The notes below the pieces were generated by a model, which was not told the origin of the DNA, made no database searches, and worked only from the letters and a program-made list of their open reading frames with translations. Shown here one piece after another: positions 24,914 to 38,220 of a stretch of 64,000 nt of DNA; the first letter of the stretch is position 1; each line of letters opens with the position of its first letter. The stretch lies in contig OZ316894.1 in NCBI GenBank assembly GCA_973895155.1, positions 24,922,709 through 24,986,708 on the forward strand. Reading direction: 5' to 3'. The position numbers and the translations under genes are program-made. The stretch comes from Marsupella aquatica (Eukaryota; Plantae; Marchantiophyta).

Positions 24914-25439
24914 GATTGGGGTTTGGAGTTTGGAGCCCCCAACCAGAATATTAGAGCAAAGTTGCGCAATGTTTGGGGCCTAGGGTCTACAGTTCACAGA
25001 GAATGACTGACTGGTTTTAGAAGTCGAGCCCCTTTGTAGCAGCGCTTTCTTTTGGGCATCCCGTGCTCCGATTTCGAGTATGTCAATTCTTCGTCTATCA
25101 GATAATACATTTCTGCAAGGGGTACACACAAAGAGCATGCCTCCTGTCTAGACCCGGCCGGCAATTTCGGAGGGGGAGATTCAGGGGTATCTCGACCCGG
25201 AGTATGATGATGCTGGCTTGTCATTTCTACCTAGTTCGACATGCTCGACCATTTGCGCGCAGAATAGAGAGACGCAAAAATAGCTGAACAGGAACAATCG
25301 GTCTCCAATATTGCTAGTAAAATCCTTCGTGGGGAAACAGCTTGAGACACCAAGAGCAGTCCGGAGGACGTCAAACGAGTCGCACGAAAATGGCACGATG
25401 GAGGCAGGTGGGGAAACGGGTAGAGTTGTACTAACAGTA

Positions 25440-25855
25440 AATTTGTCGATGAGAGCAGTCTAGGCATTGCAGGACCGCACTCTTACATTTAAGATGAGAC
25501 AGTGTGTCGAGTATCACATCAATCATGAAATCATACCTCTCCTCGACCATGCGAATTTGTCGATGCGGGCACCCTGGGCATGGCAAGAGCGCGGTTCGCA
25601 CATTTAAGATAAGACAGTACCTCGAGCAGTTCATCAATCGTTAAGTTGCAAGCGCAACCGATGAAGTCAACCTCCTCATCGACCATGCGAATTTGTCGAT
25701 GAGGGCACTCTGGGCATGGCTCATCGACCATGCGAATTTGTCGACGAGGGCACTCTGGGCTTGGCAAGAACCTCCCTAGCGCATTTAAGAAAAGACAGGA
25801 TCTCGAGCATTGCACCAAGTCAATGAAGTCAAGCCCCCACCTCGACCATGTCAAA
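25440..25855. repeat. Degenerate ~110-140 bp tandem repeats
   Basis: TCGACCATGCGAATTTGTCGA occurs three times (~25543, ~25679, ~25724); CATTTAAGA.AAGACAG-like motif occurs three times. Confidence 0.75.
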
Positions 25856-26851
25856 GCAACGTAGAAAGCAACCCCCTAGTGACTGGAGTACCTACTACTG
25901 GCTTGCGTATGCTAACAGCCGTTCCAATTTTAGAAGGACAGAACCCGAAACGTGGGATTATATTTTGGTGTGTCGTGGAATCTTTGTGGTGGAGCCGTCT
26001 CTTAAATTTCACATCTTTCACAGCTCGACGTGACGCTTGCAAGTTACGTCTTCTGAACCCCAAGGAGCCAATACAAAATCTGAGACCAAATCATATAGAA
26101 GTCTTGCAACCTCACTTCATCAAGGCTGCCTTTGAACTAACAGGAATTTGGGAACACGACACCATAATCCGCTTGTTTCAAGCCAAGTACTGTAGATGAG
26201 CCCGTTAGTCCTTCGTTCTAACTGCACACACTAAATGGTCCAAACAGCGGACAACTTTGCGGAGTGGCCAGAAAGATGGACAGGAGAAGTCTGGGAAAAT
26301 CAGTATTTGGAATAAGTGAAACAACCACACTAACGATTGTGCCGGTTTCATATATCACCGGTGTATCAAAAGGAGAGTCGAGAGTCTTTACAATTTCTAA
26401 ACCCTAAGTCTTTTCGTAGCCTCAAAGTGAATTGTTCACAACTCACTGAACATAGCTAAGGTTGCGATTCGGTGCATTGGGATGCCCTTCCCCCCTAGCA
26501 CGTACTGTGAGTTTACGTCAAGCACGCGAATGCTGTTTCTTTCGTTAAAACACACATGGATGGAAAGAGTTCTGTAGCTCGTAATCTAAATGCACAAGCT
26601 TTCCTTACATAACGGAATTTCAATCTGACGTCTACCAGCTTCAGATGCTTACTACTCGATAGAACCGAGTGCTCAACGGTGCAAAAACTTTTGTAAACCC
26701 GGCCCCTGGTGTAGTTGAATCTGCTGGAGTGAACTGTGGTATCAAAATCCGACCCATACTGGTCGGGGCGTTGCGTTGGATGCTTCATCTCTACCTGTGC
26801 TCAAAAAAGTGGTCATCAAATTTGTTCCCTTTTCCGGCGAGTTGGATTGCC

Positions 26852-29804
26852 TTAGTGCTCTGTAGCCGACTTTTTTTCCCAGACAATGAAGTCATTTCCA
26901 AGGGCTGCTACATTGTAGTCATTCAGGGAGGGAGCCAAATCTCCAATTTCCAACTTGGGACCAATTTTAACTACCACAACATCATTTACTCTGGCCAAGT
27001 AGAAATCATCGTGTGCTGCCACAATCTCTACCTTACTATCAGCTTTGATACCATTTCGCTTGCGAACTTGTATAAGTTCCTTTATTGCCGTCTGCAAATT
27101 CCAGTCAAAATAATGGTCGTAAAACTGCAGGCGCCACACAATAATTGGAGTTCAGGTGACGATGCACATACTCTAGTAAAATTACGATGACTGTTCTAAC
27201 TCTATGCTGGAAACAGACGTCTGACTTACTTCTTGAGACAACTCCTACAACCAACTACTCAAGAGTCCTACATGAGAGACTTCATGCCATTCATTCCTTG
27301 AGAAAAGAACGGGTAGGAATGAGGCAATGATAAAAATGCGAGTCCATCAAACAGACCATTTGAGACGAGCAATTTCTCCAACTCTGACCATAAAGCTGTG
27401 TCTTTCTAAAGGACTAAAAGAACAATACTGAATGAATGAGTTTTGAGAGATAAAAAGAACTGAAACCAGAGGTAGAAGACGAACTTACAACGCAGGGAAC
27501 TCCTGGATGCGTCAGGATGTAGGCATATCCCTGCATCACTTTATCGGCAGGGAATGCCCAGTGAGCCTGTGTGGAACCAGTGTCGTGATTATCTAAAAAA
27601 GTGACAGCTTTAGTAGGTAACCACCCGATCAACCCAGGTGGCTGGCCACGACTATCTCTGAGCCTTCCTAGTTGGCCTTTGACAGCTTCCTGCAAGATTC
27701 CCTTGGTGGTGAAGTCGAAGGCTGTTGACCTCCCACCAGTAGCATTAATCCAGTCCAAGATTCCTTGGCGATGACTGTTTTGGTCATATCTCAACCCCTC
27801 GTTTCCATAATTCATGTTATTCCAAACTTCTCCAACACTGAACAAAGGCTCTGTTTTCTCAATGTATAGACCAACAAATGTCCCCGAGTATCCCTTAGCA
27901 AAGTCAAATCTCCAGCCATCAAAGCCAATATCCCTCTTGAGCCATCTCAGCCATTCAGCTAACTCTTTCTGTACTCTTTCATTAGTGTGGTCAATATCAG
28001 GAGCTGCTCCAAAGTCATCTCCGGTATCGGCTGCCCCAGTCCCACCATAACTGTCATTACCTGTGATCGCCCAAGGGCCCCAATCGAGTTTCTCATCTGG
28101 AGTCCCACCTTCAAATATGCACCACACCCCCCTCGCATCTTGTTTGTCAGCACACCTGTGATTGATGACCACATCTGCCAAACATCGTACTCCTTCCTCA
28201 TGGAAAGCGTCAATCAGGCTCTTCAATTGCTGTTCATTTCCATACTTTGAGGCATTCAAGTCGTATAGTCTTCCGGGCATGTACCCTGTGACAGTTTCCA
28301 AAACCGGTGCACGATCACGCAAATCATCAAACGAAAGCATGGGATACCTACAGCAGTGGAAGGTGAATAGGGTGCCTACTCTTCGTCAAGTAGGATATCA
28401 TACTCTAAATACAATCGCCACCTGTTAAGAGTAAGGAAACATAAACTATTGCGGATTTCATAATTTTATTTGCTGCCCTTTCCATCCGGTTTGCAGGGAA
28501 TGTGCACAAGCAACTTTCACTCACGAAAGAAATTCAGCTGAAGAGAAAGGAATCAAAGGTCCATCGTTGACTACCTTGCGGTGCAACTGAGTGACTGGGA
28601 GGAGGAAGCCACACATCTGTAACGCCAGCTTCAGCTATCGCTTTTACTTTCTGGTGGAGCGTGGTGTACCAATTTGGATTACACCGCCATGACTCCCAAT
28701 TGAAAGCCTGCATCCTTTCCAACGAAGGTTTACAAATTCAGGTAGCCTTCTCATTCAGCATGGAGACACACAACTAACGAGCGACTGCTTATGTTGCATG
28801 GGTCAAATCTTAATGCGCGTGTAGCTCTTATGAATCTCCGTTGAACGAACATAAATTTCTCGTCACGGTTCCACTGACGATTCAATCAACAAGAGAGGGA
28901 AGTTGATTACTCGTATCTTGCTGACCACTTCGAATATTATTTTGTATCGTATGGTATTCATGTTCTGGCTATTGGCTCCTTCCGATTTCTATCCTAAGGA
29001 GTGTGGCGAACAGGCAATCGTTTTTCCGTAGTCTCAATTAATTCAATTATATCAAGCTCACTTCAAATGATTGAGATCGATTGAGACCACTTCGAGTCAA
29101 TGTCTTCGACTTCGTTTGGCTTCCTTCACTCATATCCATGAATTTGACGAAAATGAACTTTACATCGATTCAATCCAGGGTTCTATTGATACTCTCGTCC
29201 CAAAGCAGTATACACGTGTACATGTAACATGATTTGAAATTAGCACAATAGAAGAGGATAATTACGCGGCGTAAGAGGCTATCTTTTCTATGAATAAGCA
29301 CCCGATATGATTACCCTTCAACATATTTTAAAATTACATAGAATTACAAACTGAAAAAGAGTATCAATTCTCCAGAAATGGCAGTCCGGGCCTTAGCAGT
29401 TTTTCCCTCACCTGGAACATCACAACTTTGAGAGGATCGGCGTGGATGTTTCCCCCTCTGTACATGGGCTTCGGCGTCTCGTCCACTTTTACATCTTCAT
29501 CCCCAGGCACCAGTTGCACTCCTCCTTTCGCTGCTTCCGGCACTAGCATTGCGTAGATCCTCGTGCTCTTACTTCGCTCCGAATTACAGCCAACCCTGGT
29601 GAAACCAGCGCTCTCAACTGCAAGACTCGGAATTGGGGAGACCATACAATTGTCGAATTTCAAAGAGGTCGTCTGAGCGCCATTTTTGGTGGTTGGCGAT
29701 GATGTCGACGCCACTGAGCGCTGCTGCTGCTGCTGTTGCTCTTCCACCGTTCTGCCATGCAAGCAGGACGGAATCAAACCCGCTGTGAGGCTCGCTGCCG
29801 CCAT
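26852..29804 (-). CDS. Alpha-amylase (GH13, plant type); exons 29804-29412, 28707-28575, 28285-27489, 27124-26852
   Basis: [97 protein letters not shown] junctions keep frame. Confidence 0.95.
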
Positions 29805-29857
29805 CTTAAATCCCGCGAAACAAGCCCGCGCTTTAAATTTAAAAGCCGTTTTACAAA

Positions 29858-30350
29858 CACAGAATGCTCAACACCCTCACTCCCCACACACTTGAATTCC
29901 TCCAGACACACTACCGAAAACTCGGAGACCAACTTGGATCTGCCCCAGCAATGTGGAAGAAAATAAAATCAAACGCTCACTCTACTCCTATAATGCATCT
30001 GGTTTACAAGCACAGAATTCTCTAACACCCCCACTCTCCGCCGCACTTCAATGACGCTAGACTCACTACCGAAAACACGGAGACAGGCTTGGATCTGTCC
30101 CAGCAATGTGGAAGGAAATGATATTCAACCTCACTCAACTCCTGTAATTGCATCTGGTTTACGAGCACAGAATGCTCCACACCCCCACTCTCCGCACATA
30201 CTCCACTAACTCCAGACTTGGATCTGCTCCAGCAATGTGCATGAAAATAAAATCAGACCCTCACTCACTCAACTCCGAGAATTGCATCTGAATAGAACAA
30301 GACTGCCTACAATTGACTCCCTCAACTCCGAGAATTGCATCTGGATACAA
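29858..30350. repeat. ~150-bp tandem repeat (3 copies) in the amylase 5' region
   Basis: CACAGAAT...CTTGGATCTG.CCCAGCAATGTG...TGCATCTG recurs at ~29858, ~30011 and ~30166. Confidence 0.82.
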
Positions 30351-30705
30351 CAAGACTGCATACAATGAAGGTACGTCACAATTCGGGTGGCGAGAGACTA
30401 CTAATAAGAGTTCTTCCTCATTTCAGTTCAAGACCACACAAAAAGACGGCCCACAGACAGCCAAGAGAGTGGACAATGCCGGTGTAACGGGCCGCGCGCC
30501 TCGAGTTCCTCCGAGCACAGCAATTCTTCCCAGGATCCTCCCTCCTTCCCAGGATCCTCCTTCGTACGACGACAATGGTTGCAATCTGAACTGCTTTTGC
30601 GCCCGACGAATCGATCGATTTCACGAGGGAAATGCCAATTGTTCGAAGCCCACGGCCCCAACCGTCCTTCCCTCGTGTTTCTGTTTGGTCTAATAAGTGT
30701 GTCCA

Positions 30706-30970
30706 GTACTAGTAACCAGGAACGTGACCACACCTGCAGCATGTGACTAACTACACTAGAACCAGAAACGTGACCACACCTACAGTATGTGACTAACCCG
30801 TAACCAGGACCGTGACCACACCTACAGTATGTGACTAACTAGTAACCAGAAACGTGACCACACCTACATTATGTGACTAACCCGTAACCAGGAACGTAAC
30901 CACACCTACAGTATGTGACTAACTAGTAACCAGGAACGTGACCACACCCCTACAGTATGTGACTAACCAG
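30706..30970. repeat. ~41-bp minisatellite, about 6 copies
   Basis: Unit GTAACCAG(G/A)AACGTGACCACACCTACAGTATGTGACTAAC. GTGACTAACC reappears at ~31786 and ~31824. Confidence 0.9.
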
Positions 30971-33294
30971 CTGGCTTTGGTCGGTTGGCCAGGGGATGAG
31001 CCTGAACCAAGAGGTCCTAGGTTCAATCCCCCTTCCACACACACCACACGCAAGGGGTGTGTAGGGTATGTGTGTACAGCAAACTCTCATGAAGTGCAAT
31101 CTTTGGGGAAGACTATTCTGGCATGCACTAAACCGGGTGTGGCATGCCTTGATAAGCGCACATCCCACAACTAGTGCTCTAATAGATAAGTGTGCTTCAT
31201 TTAGATTTCTTTGTTAAATGTGTATGGGCCATGGACCCCTCTGTCAGTGAGTAGTCAGCCTCGTACCTCGTATCCCTGCCCTAATTATGTGCCCACACTC
31301 CTTAAGTGCATTCTATACTCTACTAAGAATGGGCATGCATTTATCGGTAAATGAGATTTCTGGAGTTTATGTGTTTACATATAAGCGCATACAAAACACT
31401 TATCAAGGGTATGCCCTTATAAAGTTGTCGTTCGGAAAATTGATTTTAGCCCTGTGTGTGCTTAGAAAAAATGCTTAAAAAGCGCTTATCCCGTGTAAAA
31501 AGAATGGGAAGAACAAGATGGCATGCACTAATCAAGGGTAAGCGCTTATGGAGTGTGTGCTTAGCGAGAGTTCACTGTATGTGTGGGTGGAGTGTTGTGG
31601 TGAGAGTCCTGGTTACGGGCCCTGGTCCATCCCTCCTGGTCTAGGTCCCTGTTGGATCCCTAGGTATCATCCCCAGGTATCATCCCCCCTTGTGGGCTAC
31701 CCAACAGTGGTGCATACTCTGAAATCGAGCATATATCCTCTGTTGGATGGGTCTACTTTCGGCTTTCAAGGCAAACCTACGATATGTGACTAACCAATGT
31801 CACCGGGCACATGACCAAACCATGTGACTAACCAACTTGCCTGATTACCAGTTCTTTGAACGGAAACAGGGATGAGACAACAACAAAAATTGAAAGAAAT
31901 ATCGTTAATTAAGTATTCTAAATTTGAGGTATTCATTGCTGGCTCCAAGACAGGGCACTCTGCTGTAGACGGGACATCATTTATTCTTCCAACATGCAGA
32001 CTACGATGTGGCAATATCACTCTTGAATGTAGCAATCACTCCTTCGTCTACATGTTGGAGTAAAATCAGCCTTTTCTCGAGACATACTATATCATTTCTG
32101 AGCATGTTATAAGTGCACGAGCCCAATGCCAGTGCGTTGCACTGTGCAAGGAGGGCCGGTCCCATAGGGAGAAAGCGCATGGAACGTAAATGTGGGAAGG
32201 GAGGCGAGCGAGGCAGGCAGCCAGGAGGGCACGAAGCCCTATGCACGGAAGGGAGGCGTGGCGAGGCAGGGCCCTAAGCCCTATGCACGGAAGGGAGCAA
32301 TTACATGGGCCTGCGCCTGCCTGTGTGCGTCGTTCCTGGCATGCGTGTCTCGTTAAACGATCGGACGGATACGAAAAAAGAGATGCTTTAATTTGACGGT
32401 TCAATTTCATTCCCGCTGATATTCAAATTCATAACGGGACGACGGACGAAAGTGGCCAAATGGGCGGGATTGCCTATTATAGTGTTAGATAGGTTTTGCA
32501 GAAGGTGTACTACCGATCTTCCCTTTGGCAGCCTGAGGTACCACTTCATTCCCTTCGATTCAGACAGATTCGGTCTCAACGTCACTGACAAGCTAGATAG
32601 GTCTAGTAATTATTTAAGTGAGTCAAATCTGCACGGGAAGAATGTACTACTACCCTCTCGCACTTGCATAATATAAGCTCAGAATTTGCATTGTATAGTT
32701 ATATTGGCTCTAAGCAGGATAACTGTTGCCAAGTTCTATAAGTGCAACACGTCACTAGAACATACCAAAGTTTTCTCCTGTAATAAAGATTGCTCTATAA
32801 GTCATCACAGGCACTGATGAGTGGGATGAACGTATTCATGCAAAATACCTTGTTATCAATTTTCCATTTGGGCTTTAAGCTGACTAAAAATTTGACCTAC
32901 TCCTTCATGGATTGTCGCCTGAGGACCTCTTTGCAATCTCTGATCAGATAGAGATGATCGTTGTGCTGTGAGTTTTTGAATATCACTTTGTAAACCCTGG
33001 AATTACATACTAACAGCTCACAAATCGTATGAGAAAGACAGACCTCAGTAACAAAATGGTAGGCCAGTCCTTGCGTCTAAGCTTTTAATTGAGATACAAT
33101 GGAAGTATGGGTCATCTAGATCATATAGGCTGATTCAGTACTGAGAGAATATTGTACATATGGACTGGCTCCAAACGAAGTCGAGGAGAGTAGCAAAAGA
33201 GGCAGCTCATGAGTATAATGCAAAATTAAAGGTAAGATTTGATGTGATTGAACCATTTCAGGCAAATAAGGACAATCACTTGGGAACGTAATAT

Positions 33295-33546
33295 CTCGGG
33301 GGCCTCACTCCAAGGGAGGTCCCATATCACGCATGAAGTTTTCAAGTAATAAACATACTAAAACTTAATAAAATAAAGTAGATATTTAGTATTTTTTAAC
33401 CCTTATAATTCTTTGTAAGTCTCAAAATTGGATTAAAACATCCTATATTTCTTTAACAAAACTTTTAAAGTCTCTGCACAATTGAATTAGAAAACCCTTA
33501 ACTTCTTCGTGCGATGGGTCGGAAGAAAAGAAGTGAGGACCCTGGG
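33295..33546. mobile_element. MITE family B, copy 1
   Basis: Ends CTCGGGGGCCTCAC / GTGAGGACCCTGGG. Near-perfect 8-bp TSD CGTAATAT / CGTAGTAT. Colinear with 37392-37683. Confidence 0.8.
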
Positions 33547-34599
33547 CGTAGTATTCTACATTTTGGCCACATCTTCTATACTTACAGAGCAGTGGTTGGT
33601 ATCTGGAAAGTAGCTACAATAGGTGAGTTGGTCGAGGTAAAACATATTTTTGCGACATTGGAGGAATATGGAAATAATTCTCTTCACCCGTAAATGTATG
33701 TGAAAGGGGATCTGGGTGACCATACATGCAAAAGGAGGTAGGAATGGCACACTTGTTCATGGTTTTTGTGCCAATCTTTATGCTGAATGATATCTTCCAT
33801 GGGCAGAAACAATGAGTTTGCCTTGATTTCTCTTGTTCAGTTTATCTAATTGATTGGCAGTGTTTGCCAAAGATTAATTGGTGGTCACTATGGATCTCCA
33901 AGAAGAAGAAGAAACTCGAAACCCGCTCCCACCCTTGTCCGCACAACTAAACTGACTCACACCATTGACCCTCCTTTTGCCTTGGCAGGGCCTTCTAAGG
34001 TCACTCATAGCATGGCCCTTAGTTTCAGTTGCAATAATGATGTGTAACCCTATGCCAGGCTGCCCAAAATTTGTCTAGATGGTAAGGCATCTCTATTTAT
34101 GGTTATTGTGTTGCATAGACTTTTGTAATGTTAAATGTTGACCAATCCAATATGATAACATTGGGCCAAAAAGGTCATGGCTTTTTGGTTGCATTTTAAT
34201 CCATATTCAATGGATTTTGGATTTGCATTTTGTCATACCATGCTTGCTACAAACTGTTGATGTTTATATGCTGCAAGGGAACTATCCTAGCTAACTATCT
34301 CAACGCAGTTAATAGCTCAGTCAAGGTCATAGCTATTACCTTATGTTGATCTCTCTCTCTTGGTCTTGGTTGTTTCTCCTGCGGCATTGCTTGTGTAAAC
34401 CTCGTCTTGGTCATTTCTCCTGCAGCATTGCTTGTGTAAACCTTGTCTTGGTCGTTTCTCCTGCAGCCTTGCCTGTGCATATTAACTCTTCTTGCTAATT
34501 TCTCTTGCTGTCTGGCTTGTGCATGTTCTTCTTGGCCGTTTCTCCTGCGCTCTTGCTTGAATGCTGAAGATCCTACCCAACTGTGGACTCAACTGCGGG

Positions 34600-37180
34600 C
34601 TCAACTGAAGAAACACTTGAGGCCAACTCTAGCTACCATAGATGGACCATGCTCAAGAGACAACTATACAGATTTCCTTTCTCCAAGCAGCAACGTAAGA
34701 CTGAAAACTTTCAGAGTATTGGCACACCAGTAGAAGAATTGGCAGCTATTGGTTATAGCCCGGTGACTCTCAACTTGTGGACATCCTAATCCATGCTTCC
34801 AAATAGTTGGAAAATGTTTGGCACAATCTGTGATGGAGAGAATAGGTACCACCCTTCAGCTTGAGAATTGATTCCCAGTGAAGAAATATGGAAAAACCCA
34901 AACTGATCAACCATGGATGAGAGCTTATGCTTTCTTGGACTGATCCTTCTGCAATGTTCAACAATGAATTGGCCCTTTCAAAGACAGGTAAGAAATCATT
35001 TTGGATGTGAAAGAATTTTTGGAGGAGGAGCCCACCACTATGGGAAACATCAGTGCCATGGATACAAATTAAAGGAAAGCTTGCAATTACTATTCACAAG
35101 GCCATTTTGAACAGGACATTGAAGCATGTGGAGCAGACTTGTGAGCTTCAGTTCAAGGCTGGTGGCCTAAGCAGAACAAATGACAAGCAAATCTGATTAA
35201 ATTTGAGGACACTAAGGATATGTTCCTAGGTCATGATCAGGTACTTCATGCTTGCTTAGAAAATTGATTATGATGACAGCCAATACAAGTCTTGGATACT
35301 AGACAAAGGTGCCAGCACACATCTGAATGGAGACAAGAACCGAATCTTTCATTTTGTAAGTATCAATTGGTCCAACCAATGATCTAATCTTTCATTTTGT
35401 ATCATACCAATTGGTCCAACCTTGAAGGTAACCAATGTTGGAGAGGCAAGTTACTAATCTAGGTCCTATTATGGGTCTTGCTGTTGGACTTGGTTGGGGC
35501 AGCACACCACATGGACATCATCATAATTGCAATTTTGGATGAAACATTAGAGGAGACAATCCATATGCTTCTACCTTGCACCCCCCCCCCCCCCCTCTCC
35601 CCCTCAAGCGGTTTTGAGGTGGAGAGAGATCTGAGCATCTTTTCCAGAAAGCTTGCAACTTGCTGTATGGATTGAAGCAATCTTCATGTGCATGATTGTA
35701 TTATGACACTATTGATCTTTACCTCCAAAAGATTGGCTAGAATCAAAGTGTTGCTAATAACAACTTATATACTTTTGCAAGATGAGTCTATGAGCATCAT
35801 TCTCATTGTCTCCGTTGATGGTCTATTTTCTATTGGCAACAATGTTGCCCAACTTTCAGCCATCCAAGATCAACTCAAGGCCATACTACATAAAATGAGA
35901 GATTTGGGGTTACTCGTTTTAGTTGGATTCAGTTGTACTCCTCTTGGCATTGGCATACATCAGACAAAATATGCTTATGTCAACATACTGACTACATAGA
36001 TGTGATGTGATGGTGGCATGGAAAATTGTAGCCCAGTCATCTGTCCGCTTCTTGATGAATTTCCCTTAGAAGAATAGGCTGCAACTCTTGTTGATCTTAG
36101 CTAACTATCAATACTGCTTCATAGTCTAGAAATTGTTTTATCTAACCAACATGCAATGGAGAAAACATTATATATAATTATGTTGTCAGCTTAAGGGATT
36201 AACTTTGTGTATATTAGGAATACTATGTGTGATCTTAGCCTAATATAAATACTCTTATTGAAAAAAACTAAGAATGTTTTTAATTTCAATTTTAATAACC
36301 TATTTTACTTTATGAAAGTTATATAATAAAAATCTCTATACATTTAAGTTTATAATATATTTTTTCCTCCTACTTATTTTTTTTGGAATACAGTTTCCGT
36401 TACAGTTTATTTTTATATTGATTATATAGTTTGTACAGTTGTTGGTCATCGATCCCCCCAAAGTTATGAGTTGTGCGGGGAGTTGTGTCAGTTGAATTAT
36501 GCAACAACCACATCAAGCACACTTAGATACCATCATTGAATATATATTTTGCTACAAAAGCACTATGGATTATGACCTGGCTCATCTACTTATGAGATGT
36601 CCATCTTAATCTGATTGGCTTTATAGATGTTTAATGGGCAATGAGATGAGAAGCAGTTCCAAACACTCAATCTTAAGTGATACTGTATAAATAATGTAAT
36701 TTCAACTTAATAAACGACTAATAACTTGAAGCAACAAGAGACAATCTACAATACATATCCAAATTGACGACAAAAATTTAGAATATAACGCTTTGCCGTT
36801 TGGCTCACAAGAAGCAATCGATGTATGAAGTCTACTTTTGAAGCTAATTAAGGATTCCAAAAATCTATTTTGTTTGGGTAGAACTCACTAAAAATACAAA
36901 AAATCCTAGAGAACCTGCCTCTGGTCACCTTAAGTAAAGGATCAATTAAGCCAGCTAAAAACCTGACATTCCATCCCGCATCCCATACACAAATTAAGCA
37001 CATAGAAGTGCATCACACTCAATCAGAGAACCAGTACTTGTATGTGATGTTTAAGTTTAAGACTATATCTCAATAGAGCTCCAATCAGCCAACATGCTTA
37101 CAAAATCTTTATTAAGGTCTAAATTTGAACAAAATTCTCAAGTCTAGAATTAACCTCAAACCATACACTTCTTGACAACC
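34600..37180 (+). pseudogene. Highly decayed Ty1/Copia remnant (gag, protease, RT and RNase H fragments)
   Basis: Translated fragments in Copia order: EELAAIGY (gag), WILDKGASTHL (~35293, protease), LIVSVDGLF...KMRDLG...HQTKY (RT), KHIEVHH (~36997, RNase H). Many stops and frameshifts; boundaries approximate. Confidence 0.7.
36190..36462. mobile_element. MITE family A, degenerate copy
   Basis: AT-rich and colinear with 40389-40677 (TTAACTT.GTGTATATT...GATC.TAGCCTAATATAAA...ACCTATTTTACTTTAT). Decayed ends. Confidence 0.6.
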
Positions 37181-37391
37181 CGCTTGACAAAGACAAGGGC
37201 ATTGGTCAGGTATGACAATCAAAGATTGAGATTGTGCTACTATAGTCAAAGATAAACGTATGTACCTAGCAACTATGCCACTACCGGGGCGACTACCAAC
37301 TGAGATTGACACCTACCTTATGGGCAAACAATTTTTGGACATCCAAGCCTTACTGGATTATTTTACCGGTATCCATAAAACTACTTTATGT

Positions 37392-37683
37392 CTTAGGGGC
37401 CTCAATCCAAGGGGTGTCCCATATCACACATCAAAATTTGGGGGAATAAACACCCAAAAACTTAAGTTAATAAAGTTTTTTTGAGAATTTTTTTTACTCT
37501 AATCTAATGGAATATTCAAATTTGGTTTTAAAAAACCCTTTGATTCTTATAATTTTCAAAACTGGATTAAAACAACCCTAATATTCTTCAACAAAAATTT
37601 AAAAGTCTTTCACTAAACCCAATAAAAAACCCTATACTTATTCACACGTGATGGGTTGGAAGAAAAGAAGTGAGAACCCCGGG
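37392..37683. mobile_element. MITE family B, copy 2
   Basis: Ends CTTAGGGGCCTCA / TGAGAACCCCGGG. Perfect 8-bp TSD CTTTATGT (37384-37391, 37684-37691). Confidence 0.85.
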
Positions 37684-37943
37684 CTTTATGTCCTTGAACG
37701 TAAGTCACTTACAACCCTACTATGACACGCCCTTATGATTTTAAATTAAAAAATGACCCCATAGCATCTAGCATTGTCCAACACTGTCCGATGAAGCTAG
37801 AGAAGTAGACATGTAAAAATATATAGATAATATACAACAAAAAACTTATAAATATAATTATTATAACGGATGTAAACATCCAAATTTGCATTTCATCTAG
37901 GTTGCACAATTCATCTGGGATTTTGGCCAAAGTTAGATATCTT

Positions 37944-38220
37944 CTTGGGGGCTAGATCACCAAAAATTGTAGGAACCATGTGCAATAAAAAATATACATT
38001 TTTTTATGGAATTTAGCTAATTTTTTTAAAGTGTATGAGGTATTACAAACTAAAATTTATAGAATATTATTTTATATATACCTTTTAAAAAGTAAAATAG
38101 AAAATTAATATTTGAAATAAAGAATATTCTTAGAATTGTTTTTAATAAAATAAAAATAAAAATATTAAGCTATGATTGCAAGTGATTATCTCTAAATATA
38201 CACTAAGTTAACCTCCCGAG
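37944..38220. mobile_element. MITE family A, inverted copy
   Basis: Reverse-complement match to 40389-40677 (TAGGAACCA, TTAGCTAA, AATATACACTAAGTTAACC). Degenerate TSD GATATCTT / TATGTCTT. Confidence 0.72.

Noticed and set aside
25431-25854. F-box-like peptide (LTIDELLEVLSYL) in minus-strand ORFs
   Set aside because: Arises from degenerate tandem repeats with frame changes; similarity is too weak to call without a search.
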